Below are positions 46,840 to 55,882 of a DNA stretch of 64,000 bases, one piece after another. This stretch comes from Syntrophales bacterium. GTDB lineage: Bacteria > Desulfobacterota > Syntrophia > Syntrophales > PHBD01. The stretch's first letter is position 1. Each line of letters opens with the position of its first letter. The notes below the pieces were generated by a model. That model saw only the letters and a list, made by a program, of their open reading frames with translations. It was not told where the DNA came from and searched no databases. The stretch is from assembly GCA_963668175.1 (NCBI GenBank), contig OY764159.1, forward strand, positions 3,520,001-3,584,000. The letters are read 5' to 3'. The position numbers were made by a program, and so were the translations under genes.

Positions 46840-49299
46840 ATGAGCCGAAGCGAGGCGAATTCAGGTTTCTATCTTCGGAACATAGATCACATTCAGGAGT
46901 CGCCGCAGTCCTTGAACCGGATCGTAGGGGCGCTTCACATCCGGACAGACGGTAACAATATCGACTGCCGTACCCTCCCCTTTGCCCCGGGGGATACGAC
47001 GGCGGGAAGCGAGGCGGAATTACAGGCCGCCGTTATCGGACAAAAGACCAATGTCGATCTCCCGTTGATCATCGAACAATCCAATTATTACGCCAATATC
47101 ATCCGCCGGGCGGCGGCCGGCGACACGACCAGAAGGGTCATCACGGACCTGGAAAAGTTTCTTCACACCAATAACGAGCAGGTCTGGGAAAACAGTTGGG
47201 TCCGGTTCCCCCGTTCCGTCTTAAACGGGTTCGCTGAGGCGACTTTCAGGCACGATCTTCTTGCCGACAAGGAAAACCCGTCGCAGGGTGTCCGGACGGA
47301 TGCCGATAAATTCATGTTTACCCGGCAGGAGCGCGAACATATCCGTGTCCCCGTCAGCTATCTCCTGAAGCTCGCTCTGGCCGACGTCCTGGGCGCGGAG
47401 AAAGACCTTCCCCGTTCCATATGGCATTCAGGCCGGGAGCTTATGGACCATTTCCTCAACGACAACACGTCGCCGGAGACCTTCTCTTTTTACGTAACGC
47501 CCCTGAAGGCGGAGGCGGGACAGGGACAGCCGCTGGCAAGGGAAACGGGAAAGCGGTTTCTCCTGACGCAGCTTCTCACCCTGTACGCCAACGAGAAGTT
47601 CCATCTATACGCAACGGGGCAGAAAGCGGCCATCTTCTATTCGCCCCATCCTCCCGTACGGCAGCAGAGGCTCAACAACTGCATCTCCGATGCGTTCTAT
47701 CGCGAGCTTTTCATGAGCCCCTGTCTTTCCGGGTGGACCCGCGGCGAGGCCAAGCAGGACTACATGCATCTATGTCACCGGGTCTTGAGCCGCAGCCAAT
47801 TGAATACCTTGATCAAGCTGCGGGAGGCGGGGATCATCACAAGCAATCTCGTCGCTCTGCCGAATACTTCCAATGTCAGTCTCGCCAACAACGGGACCCA
47901 CATCAGCCTCGGCAGCCGCAAGCTCGGCGAGGCCATGAAAGACAGGACGTCGGGATTTAACAGGGCTTCCGAGAAATATGCCGGAGACCTCGTCGTGAAG
48001 ATGGTGGAACATTTCCTCCCCCTCTTCGTCGGCAGTTACAGCGCGGCCCCGTACCGTCTCGACTACCTGGATTTTCATCCCGAAAAGGTACTGGGGTTCC
48101 TCCCCCATGAACTGGATTACACCCATCTGCGCATGATCTGGCGGCGGTGGCAGAAAAAGGCGGGCATCAAGATCATGGGCCGTCCCACGACGCCTTTCGG
48201 TCCCATCTGGCTCGACCGCATGATCAAGACGGTTTTCGACCTGAAGGGCGATTACGTCCCCGATTACCGTCTGGTCGATTATCTGGTCGCCCTGATGAGC
48301 ACGGAAAAGAGTCCGGCCCTCGACGGCCGCCTGCACAACAGCGATCGCCTCAAGGCGGACCTCGCCGATCTGGGCGTTTTCGACAACAAAATGTCCCTTT
48401 ATCTCTTCGAGAAACTCCGGGAACATGAAGTCATGGGATTTTCCGGATTCGAGGCGCGCCATTACAGCATCTTCTGCCGCTTCGAAGAGGACATGGGGCG
48501 GGCAGCCGCACTGCAGAATCTACTCTATTGCCTGGCCTTCCAGTACATCGCCAAGGGACTCCTGACTCACGATCACATCCCGGACAATCCCGTCGTGGAA
48601 AGCGAACGGAGGCAGATTATCTTCGGGGCGGCTATCGGCATCCCCACGTTCTTCGTTCGCCAGGACACCCAGAATCTCTTCCTGAAGAGAATTGTTTCCG
48701 GAGCGTCCCGTAATCGCCACAGCCGACGGTATCCGGGATATACCCGCGTGCATAACGACGAATACCGGCGGGCGCTTCTTCGGATTTTGCGGGAGGATGC
48801 CGCCGAGTTGATCGAGATGTTCGGCATGCAGGAGGTGATCGACGATCTGTCCCGGCGCCTGGACGATCCCAAGCATTTTTCGGTTGCCGGGCGTCTCAGC
48901 CGTGCCGTCTGCGAAGAAGCAGGCGTCAAATCCCCTCTGCAGGCGGAGGCAGCCGAATTCAACCGGGCCGCCGAGAAGTACTATCGGGAAAAACTGCGTG
49001 CCGGCCACATCGAGGAGAGTCTGCGGTTCTTCGAAGAGGACCTGCTGAATCTGCACCGCGCGGAAGGTCTGCGCCGCGAGACGATCCGTAACGCCGTCCG
49101 TTTTATCCTCCAGGACGGAGATGACCGTCAATTCTTCTCGAAAGTAAGCAAGTCCATAAGTGCTGAGACCGTGACCGAAGAAGACTTGAGAAAACTGATC
49201 TATCTTTTGATTTTAACGATTCATGAGGAAAAATCACACTATGTATGTACAAAAGAACCAGGCAGCACAGGAACACCCCATGCTGCATCACTATGTTGA
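46840..49299 (+). CDS. Large hypothetical protein with GCS2/glutamine-synthetase-fold carboxylate-amine ligase motifs
   Basis: TAGSEAELQ, NDNTSPE, NNGTHISLG, HFLPLFVGSYSAAPY, GFEARH in the expected order; AGGAGA RBS before ATG 46840. The CDS is secure; the function is inferred. Confidence 0.65.
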   Translation: MSRSEANSGFYLRNIDHIQESPQSLNRIVGALHIRTDGNNIDCRTLPFAPGDTTAGSEAELQAAVIGQKTNVDLPLIIEQSNYYANIIRRAAAGDTTRRVITDLEKFLHTNNEQVWENSWVRFPRSVLNGFAEATFRHDLLADKENPSQGVRTDADKFMFTRQEREHIRVPVSYLLKLALADVLGAEKDLPRSIWHSGRELMDHFLNDNTSPETFSFYVTPLKAEAGQGQPLARETGKRFLLTQLLTLYANEKFHLYATGQKAAIFYSPHPPVRQQRLNNCISDAFYRELFMSPCLSGWTRGEAKQDYMHLCHRVLSRSQLNTLIKLREAGIITSNLVALPNTSNVSLANNGTHISLGSRKLGEAMKDRTSGFNRASEKYAGDLVVKMVEHFLPLFVGSYSAAPYRLDYLDFHPEKVLGFLPHELDYTHLRMIWRRWQKKAGIKIMGRPTTPFGPIWLDRMIKTVFDLKGDYVPDYRLVDYLVALMSTEKSPALDGRLHNSDRLKADLADLGVFDNKMSLYLFEKLREHEVMGFSGFEARHYSIFCRFEEDMGRAAALQNLLYCLAFQYIAKGLLTHDHIPDNPVVESERRQIIFGAAIGIPTFFVRQDTQNLFLKRIVSGASRNRHSRRYPGYTRVHNDEYRRALLRILREDAAELIEMFGMQEVIDDLSRRLDDPKHFSVAGRLSRAVCEEAGVKSPLQAEAAEFNRAAEKYYREKLRAGHIEESLRFFEEDLLNLHRAEGLRRETIRNAVRFILQDGDDRQFFSKVSKSISAETVTEEDLRKLIYLLILTIHEEKSHYVCTKEPGSTGTPHAASLC

Positions 49300-50296
49300 A
49301 AGAAACAGCCGCGCAATCCGGCAGGAACGGTTTCGCGGCCACCGCGTCATTCCTTTTATCTACTCCCGCGTCCGGGAGAATTCGCCTCTGTTGTTCCGTC
49401 TTCTGACCAGCCGGAGGATATGCTCCCTCGTCGGTTTTTTGAGTTTCAGCGAGTTCATCAATGAAAGGCTGACCGATCCGCATCGTTTCATGCGGGAAAC
49501 GGGGGTGGACGCGCGGGAATGCCTTGACCTGCCCGTTTCGCTGAATACGCCGAAGAAAATTTTTGAAAGGAAAATCCGTTACTGGGATTGCCGTCCGATG
49601 CCCCACGATCCGGCGGCCGTCGTATCGCCCGCGGATTCGCGAGTGCTTGTGGGATCGTTCGACGAATCGTCAAGCCTTCTTCTCAAGGGAAAATTCTTCG
49701 ATTACGAAGAACTCCTGGGCGTCAACAGGAGACTCTGGCTTGACGCCTTCCGGGGAGGAGATTACGCCGTGTTCCGGCTGACCCCGGATAAATACCACTA
49801 CAACCATACGCCGGTAGCCGGAATTGTGAGAGATCACTACGAAATAGACGGCCGGTATCATGCGTGTCATCCCGCGGCGGTCGTTTCCATGATTACGCCG
49901 TATTCAAAGAACAAACGGGTCGTCACGGTCATCGACACGGACGTGCCGGGAGGCACCGGCCTGGGGCTCGTCGCCATGGTGGAAGTCGTCGCGATGATGA
50001 TCGGCGATATCGTCCAGTGCTACAGCGAATCGCAATATGACCGTCCCGTGTTTCTCTACGACGGTCTTTTTATGAAAAAAGGACAACCGAAGAGCCTGTT
50101 TCGCCCTGGAAGCAGCACGGTCGTCCTGATGTTTCAGAAAAATCGGGTGAGATTTTCCGACGACATCGTCTGGAACATGAGCCGACCGGACGCGGCGTCG
50201 ATTTTTTCCCGCGGTTTCGATCAACCGCTGGTGGAAACGGACGTTATGCTCCGCAGCCTTATCGGAACGGCGAGATTCCAGAAGCCGAACGCCTAG
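49280..50296 (+). CDS. Phosphatidylserine decarboxylase family proenzyme
   Basis: IFERKIR, VSPADSR, FRLTPDKYHYNHTP, KNKR, FRPGSSTVVL; start uncertain (49223/49241/49280). Confidence 0.85.
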   Translation: MLHHYVERNSRAIRQERFRGHRVIPFIYSRVRENSPLLFRLLTSRRICSLVGFLSFSEFINERLTDPHRFMRETGVDARECLDLPVSLNTPKKIFERKIRYWDCRPMPHDPAAVVSPADSRVLVGSFDESSSLLLKGKFFDYEELLGVNRRLWLDAFRGGDYAVFRLTPDKYHYNHTPVAGIVRDHYEIDGRYHACHPAAVVSMITPYSKNKRVVTVIDTDVPGGTGLGLVAMVEVVAMMIGDIVQCYSESQYDRPVFLYDGLFMKKGQPKSLFRPGSSTVVLMFQKNRVRFSDDIVWNMSRPDAASIFSRGFDQPLVETDVMLRSLIGTARFQKPNA

Positions 50297-50366
50297 CGTG
50301 CATCGCGGAAACGGACGGAACAGAAATAATCCATTCACTTTGAGGGAACTTCCCGGGAGGTATCTG

Positions 50367-50807
50367 ATGAGACAGCTGGAATCGTTAATGGATGGGCGGA
50401 AAACGAAGTCCAGAGAAACGGCCATGCACAGTAAGGCCCACGCGGCGATCAGAACGGAGCTTGTCGGGAGGTTGCGCCAGTTGCGCGGCATGGCTTCCCA
50501 CACGGTCAGCGGCATGAAGAACGACAGGGAGAATCCCGCCGATATCATCGACCTCGCTTCGCGGGAGGAGTCCCGGCACATCGAGCTTGCCATCCGGGGC
50601 CGAGAGAGGGAAACCATCCAGGACATCGAGAACGCCATTGCCCGTATCGATTCGGGCGAATTCGGCATATGCGAGGAGTGTAGCGGGGCAATTACGATCG
50701 GACGGCTCCTGGCCAAACCGACAACGACATACTGCCGGACATGCCAGGAGAAGCGTGAAAGGGCTTTCCGGGGACAGGGCCAGCCTGAAATGTTCCGCGC
50801 GGCGTAA
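50367..50807 (+). CDS. DksA/TraR family C4 zinc-finger protein
   Basis: PADIIDLAS (DxxDxA), AIARI..GEFGICEEC..I..RL.AKPTTTYCRTCQ; GGAGG RBS. Confidence 0.88.
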   Translation: MRQLESLMDGRKTKSRETAMHSKAHAAIRTELVGRLRQLRGMASHTVSGMKNDRENPADIIDLASREESRHIELAIRGRERETIQDIENAIARIDSGEFGICEECSGAITIGRLLAKPTTTYCRTCQEKRERAFRGQGQPEMFRAA

Positions 50808-50820
50808 TACCAGGAACATC

Positions 50821-52323
50821 ATGAACGATTCACGTCTCTGGATGAAGAAACTGGCGGACCATTACCGCAGCGTCACCCGCCGCTTTCCCGAAGCAAAACA
50901 CATGATCGTCTTCGACATCGACGGCACGATCCTCGATTCGCGATACATGATCCGCCGCACCCTTCAGTCCTTCGACCGCCATCACGGGACGGAATTCTTC
51001 AGAGACCTCTCCGTTGCCGACATCACCTTCCCCGAAACAGTCCTTGCAGACATCCTGGTATCCCTCGGGCTTCCGGGAGACCGGCAGCGGCAAATCGTCG
51101 CCTGGTATACGGAACACGGCTGGTCGGCCGAATCGGTGCTGGAAGCCCATCGTCCGTTTATCGGCGTGATGGAGGTCATCCGGTGGTTCCAGATTCAGCC
51201 CAATACCCTCGTCGGACTCAACTCCGGCCGGTCCGAGTCGGTCAGGGCGGAAACCCTTTGCTGTCTCAACAAGATCGGAAGGCGCTTCAAGGTCAACTTC
51301 ACGAACGATCTCCTCTATCTGAACCGCAACGGCTGGGACGGCGGGGTCATCGAATCCAAGCTGGAAGGCATGCTTCATTTCCAAAAGGCCGGCTACCGGC
51401 TGTTCGCCTTTGTGGACAACGAGCCGGAGAATCTCGAGGCCGTCGCCTCCATGGACAGGCGGCAGGAGATGATGCTCCTTCACGCCGACACGATCTTTCG
51501 TTCGCAAAGGATGCTCGTACCGAATCGGGCCGTCAGCGGCGACCGTTACGACGTGGCCGAGCTCTTCGCCGAGCATTCGCTGCCCGGCCACATCCAGTTC
51601 GTGTGGCACTCGATCAGCGGCAGGGATAATTTCCTGCGGTTTCTCGCATCCAACGTGCAGTGGGCCGAATTTCCCGTCCGCCTCGGCTACGACGGCAACC
51701 ATCTCGTCATCCGCAACGATTCATACGATGGCGATCTTCCGGAGTACGAAAGTGATGTCCTCTATTTGAAGAAACTTCTTCCCGAGCTTTCCGCAAAGGA
51801 AAAATCGATCAAGATCGACATGAAGGAAGAGACTTTTCCCGTCGATCAACTCATCGATCTTCTGAAACGTTGCGGCTACGACGACAGCCGTCTGTGGTTC
51901 AACGGCAAGATCGAAGCCTTGAAGGAAAAAGGGTTTCGGAAGCTGGCGGCTGCATATCCCCGGGCGATTCTCCAATGCCCCGTCGACGACCTGGTGCCCC
52001 TGATGCTCGGCAGCCCGGCGACCGCCCTGTCCGTCCTCGATACGTTCCGGTCGTGGGGCATTAACCGGGTTTCCCTGAGCTGGAAGACACCGTTCCTGGA
52101 AGCCGCTCTGGAAAAGCTGGAGCGCTGGGGCTTCGAAGTCAATATCTACAATGTGCCCGACCTGGAATCGTTTCTTTCGGCCGTCCTGATGCTTCCCCAA
52201 TCGATTACTTCGGATTTCAACTTTACGCCCTGGCTTCAGGAATCAACAAAATTCCGGGGAAGACATACCGCAAAGGAGTGCCATCTAAGCGGCATAATGA
52301 CACATCCCGGGACAGGAGGCTGA
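50821..52323 (+). CDS. HAD-superfamily phosphatase fused to a PLC/GDPD-like TIM-barrel domain
   Basis: FDIDGT, NSGR, K, VDNEPEN; C-terminal half FVWHS, WAEFPV, IKIDMK, LWFNG. Confidence 0.72.
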   Translation: MNDSRLWMKKLADHYRSVTRRFPEAKHMIVFDIDGTILDSRYMIRRTLQSFDRHHGTEFFRDLSVADITFPETVLADILVSLGLPGDRQRQIVAWYTEHGWSAESVLEAHRPFIGVMEVIRWFQIQPNTLVGLNSGRSESVRAETLCCLNKIGRRFKVNFTNDLLYLNRNGWDGGVIESKLEGMLHFQKAGYRLFAFVDNEPENLEAVASMDRRQEMMLLHADTIFRSQRMLVPNRAVSGDRYDVAELFAEHSLPGHIQFVWHSISGRDNFLRFLASNVQWAEFPVRLGYDGNHLVIRNDSYDGDLPEYESDVLYLKKLLPELSAKEKSIKIDMKEETFPVDQLIDLLKRCGYDDSRLWFNGKIEALKEKGFRKLAAAYPRAILQCPVDDLVPLMLGSPATALSVLDTFRSWGINRVSLSWKTPFLEAALEKLERWGFEVNIYNVPDLESFLSAVLMLPQSITSDFNFTPWLQESTKFRGRHTAKECHLSGIMTHPGTGG

Positions 52324-53624
52324 TGATCAAGACCTTTATCCTCGACACCAACGTACTTCTCCACAACCCCGACGCCCTTTTCGCCTTTGAAGAAAACCGG
52401 GTGATCGTCCCTTTTGTCGTCGTTGAGGAGATCGATTCGCAGAAAATGAGGCAGGACGAGATCGGGAGGAACGCCAGGCTCGTTTCCCGGAATCTCGACG
52501 GCATGAGGGCCCATGGGCATCTTGCCGAAGGCGTGCGGCTTCCCTCCGGGGGAGTCGTTCAGATCGAACTGAACCATCAGAACCTGGACGCATTCCCTGT
52601 GGTTCTGGACAGGGGTAAGTACGACAACCGCATTCTCGCCGTCGCCTGCCATTTCCATAAGGAAAACCCGGGCAGAACGCTCCTGGTAACGAAAGATCTT
52701 AATCTAAGAGTGAAGGCCGATGTCCTCGGCATTCCCGCAGAGGATCTCTTCAAAGACACCGTCGATTACCCGCAGCTCTACGAGGGCGTCGGTCACCTGA
52801 ACGGAACGGCGGAAGACATGAATGCCCTCTATCGGGAAGGAGAACTGGCGCTGAGCGGCAGCGAATGCGCATGCCCCCATCAGTTCTTCGTTCTGAAGGA
52901 CCCGGACAGTCCTTCCCAATCGGCCCTGTGCCGCCACCTGGACGGCACTCTGTACCCTCTGAACTATGCCGATGCGGTCAACTACGGAGTCAAAGCCAGG
53001 AACAAGGAACAGAAATTCGCCCTGGAACTCCTGATGAACGACGATATCCGGGTCGTCACCCTGGTGGGCAGGGCCGGAACGGGAAAGACCCTGCTGGCGC
53101 TGGCGGCAGGCCTGACGAAGGTGGTCGAGCACAAGGTCTATCGGAGGCTCCTTGTCACCCGTCCGGTAGTCCCCATCGGCAACGATTTGGGCTATCTCCC
53201 CGGTTCCAAAGAAGACAAGCTCCGGCCCTGGATGCAGCCGATCTTCGATAATCTGGAATTTCTCCACGCCGACATTAAGCACCGCCGGCAGACGATCGAG
53301 CAGCTCATCGAAAACGGCACGCTGGAAATGGAGGCCCTGACCTATATCCGGGGAAGAAGCATTCCCAAACAGTTCATTGTCTGCGACGAAGCGCAGAATC
53401 TCACACCGGTGATGATTAAGACGCTCGTTACACGCGTCGGGGAAAAATCCAAGATCGTCTTCACCGGCGACCCGGAACAGATCGATAATCCTTATCTGAA
53501 CGCGGGCAGCAACGGTCTGACGTATCTCGTGGAAAAGATGAAAGGCGAGGCGCTGGCCGGCCATATCATCCTGAATAAGGGTGAGCGCTCCGCCGTTGCC
53601 GAACTCGGGGCGAAAATACTTTGA
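52323..53624 (+). CDS. PIN-PhoH fusion protein (PhoH2/YlaK-like)
   Basis: LDTNVLL, DNRIL, TKDLNLR; GRAGTGKT, LGYLPG, YIRGRS, DEAQN, TGDPEQID; TGATG coupling to the HAD gene. Confidence 0.92.
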   Translation: MIKTFILDTNVLLHNPDALFAFEENRVIVPFVVVEEIDSQKMRQDEIGRNARLVSRNLDGMRAHGHLAEGVRLPSGGVVQIELNHQNLDAFPVVLDRGKYDNRILAVACHFHKENPGRTLLVTKDLNLRVKADVLGIPAEDLFKDTVDYPQLYEGVGHLNGTAEDMNALYREGELALSGSECACPHQFFVLKDPDSPSQSALCRHLDGTLYPLNYADAVNYGVKARNKEQKFALELLMNDDIRVVTLVGRAGTGKTLLALAAGLTKVVEHKVYRRLLVTRPVVPIGNDLGYLPGSKEDKLRPWMQPIFDNLEFLHADIKHRRQTIEQLIENGTLEMEALTYIRGRSIPKQFIVCDEAQNLTPVMIKTLVTRVGEKSKIVFTGDPEQIDNPYLNAGSNGLTYLVEKMKGEALAGHIILNKGERSAVAELGAKIL

Positions 53625-53642
53625 TTATGCAAGGAGGCTTCA

Positions 53643-54698
53643 TTGGATCATAACGGACTGGTTCTGTTCATACTGGCGCTTGGCCTGGCCCTGCTCTTTT
53701 CATGGGGGTTCAGGACATTGCCCCGGGAAGGCTGGCAGGTCATGGCCTGCATTCCCCGGGAAAGAAGGGGCGACGGCCTGTGGAACGGCGTGAATTTCAC
53801 CTATTACGGCTTTTTCAATGCCACGGCGAACGTTATGGCGGTTCTGCTTTTGATCGTCCTCCTCAGGTCGGTGCAGGTCGCTCCGGCGTTCATCTTCATG
53901 CTGGCGGCCGGCGGCCTCGGAATCTGCATTCCGGCGTCGAAACTGCTCGCCCGCTGGGTGGAAGGAAAGCCCCACACATTCACCGTGGGCGGCGCTTCGT
54001 TTGCGGGTATTCTCATCCTGCCGTGGACGGTGTTCATCCTCGACACATTCTTCCGGCGATTTTTGGGCGGTCATCTTCCCGTCATGACCGCCATGGCCGC
54101 GATCACGATCGCCTACAGCCTGGGAGAAGGTGTCGGGCGGCTGGCCTGCATCAGCTTCGGATGCTGTTACGGGAAACCCCTTTCCGCCGTCCATCCGCTC
54201 CTGAGAAGAATCTTCGCTAAATATTATTTCGTCTTCGACGGGCCGACCAAGAAGATCTCTTATGCCCACCATCTTGACGGGGAACCCGTGGTCCCGGTGC
54301 AAGCTCTCACTTCCGTTCTTTACACGGCCGCCGCTCTTCTGGGATCGTATCTTTTCCTTGCCGGCCTGCATGCCGCCGCCTTCGTAAGTACCGTGGCAGT
54401 CACCCAGTTATGGCGCCTTGTCTCCGAGTTTCTCAGGGCCGATTACCGGGGTGGCCGGGTCTTCTCCGCCTACCAGATCATGGCCCTCGCAGCGGTCGGT
54501 TACACCGTGTTCCTGATGTCGATCTTTCCGGAACCGGCGGCCCGCGGGGCCGACATCGTTACCGGTCTCGCATCAACCTGGAACCCGGTTGTCATCATAC
54601 TTCTCCAATTATTGTGGGCGGCTATCTATATCTACACGGGAAGGAGCCGCGTCACGGCCAGCGTCGTTTCGCTCTGTGTCGTCAGGGATAAGACTTGA
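53643..54698 (+). CDS. Atypical prolipoprotein diacylglyceryl transferase (Lgt)-like membrane protein
   Basis: Multi-TM; TYYG, GRLACISFGCCYG, PVQ, WRLVSEFLRAD, SAYQ; TTG start with AGGAGG RBS. Confidence 0.75.
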   Translation: MDHNGLVLFILALGLALLFSWGFRTLPREGWQVMACIPRERRGDGLWNGVNFTYYGFFNATANVMAVLLLIVLLRSVQVAPAFIFMLAAGGLGICIPASKLLARWVEGKPHTFTVGGASFAGILILPWTVFILDTFFRRFLGGHLPVMTAMAAITIAYSLGEGVGRLACISFGCCYGKPLSAVHPLLRRIFAKYYFVFDGPTKKISYAHHLDGEPVVPVQALTSVLYTAAALLGSYLFLAGLHAAAFVSTVAVTQLWRLVSEFLRADYRGGRVFSAYQIMALAAVGYTVFLMSIFPEPAARGADIVTGLASTWNPVVIILLQLLWAAIYIYTGRSRVTASVVSLCVVRDKT

Positions 54699-54817
54699 CG
54701 AAGCTTCGGGATTCCGAATATTATCATAGAGGATGAAGGCGTTCCATCTGTTCATTTGTTCATTCGCATTCACAAGAAGGAACCAAGGAAATGCCTCACC
54801 GAGATGCTTTGCCGTGA

Positions 54818-55786
54818 ATGATCCTATCGCTTATCATAACCCGCAGATATGTGCGGACGGCGGCGGCCGTTCTGGCCGTTTTTGTCGTTTCCGTCTTTGC
54901 AGCTCCGGACATTCCATCCTCCTTTTCCTCCCGCCTGCCGTATGCGGCCTTGCTGGCGAAAGAAAAGAATCCCGCTCACCGCTGGTTTAAAAAAAAGAGA
55001 TTGACGAAGCTCCGGGGCGTCGTTCTCGTCGTACACGGCCTGAACCTGAGGCCGGAGCGCATGAAGGCCGTCATCCGCGTCCTGAACGAGGCCGGAATGG
55101 ACGTTCTTAACCTGTCCCTTCACGGTCACGGGGAAAATTATCTGCCCATGGCCGGATTGTCGGATAAAGAGGCCCGCCTGGAATCTTTCCGGCGTGTCAG
55201 TTACACCCTGTGGGCCGGAGAGCTTCGCGACGCCTATCGCAAGGCGCGGGAACGGGCCGATGAGAAAGGCGTTCCCGTCTATTTTGCGGGTTTCTCGCTC
55301 GGGGGGCTCCTGGGGTGTGATTTGCTGGCATCGGATCGCGACGTGTCGTTCCGGCGCATGATCCTCTTTGCCCCGGCTCTCAACGTCATGATCGAGGCGC
55401 ACTTGCTGAAGACCTTGACCCCCTTCCCCAATCTGGTCATCGACAGCCTGTCGCCGCCCTCTTACCGGACCAACGACGGGACGCCCATGGCCGCCTATCG
55501 GGCCCTGTTCGAGGCCATCGCCCATCTTAAAGAGCAGAGTACCGACAGGCTCGATATTCCCACCCTGGTCTTCATCGACGAAAACGACGAATTGATCGAC
55601 GGCCGAAACTTGACGGAGATCGCCTGGAAAGGCCTCACGCGGTGGCGGATCGTGATGCTTCACAGAGACAAAGACGATCCCGGCCCGCAGACACTCTCTC
55701 ACCACCTGATCATCGACGAGGCCGGCACGGGAAGGGAGGCGTGGAAACGAGTCGAGGCGGAGATAAGGCGGCATGTCCGCGAATAA
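54818..55786 (+). CDS. Alpha/beta hydrolase (lysophospholipase/esterase-like), probably exported
   Basis: Hydrophobic N-terminus, VVHGLN, LHGHG, nucleophile elbow GFSLGG, DEL, HH. Confidence 0.82.
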   Translation: MILSLIITRRYVRTAAAVLAVFVVSVFAAPDIPSSFSSRLPYAALLAKEKNPAHRWFKKKRLTKLRGVVLVVHGLNLRPERMKAVIRVLNEAGMDVLNLSLHGHGENYLPMAGLSDKEARLESFRRVSYTLWAGELRDAYRKARERADEKGVPVYFAGFSLGGLLGCDLLASDRDVSFRRMILFAPALNVMIEAHLLKTLTPFPNLVIDSLSPPSYRTNDGTPMAAYRALFEAIAHLKEQSTDRLDIPTLVFIDENDELIDGRNLTEIAWKGLTRWRIVMLHRDKDDPGPQTLSHHLIIDEAGTGREAWKRVEAEIRRHVRE

Positions 55787-55882
55787 AACAAACGGATGTC
55801 CTGCGGTTGAAGGGACAGCAGAAACCGCCATGACCGTGCTTCGGCCGAACGGAGAGGCAGGAATTTACCCCGCGGCAGGTCT

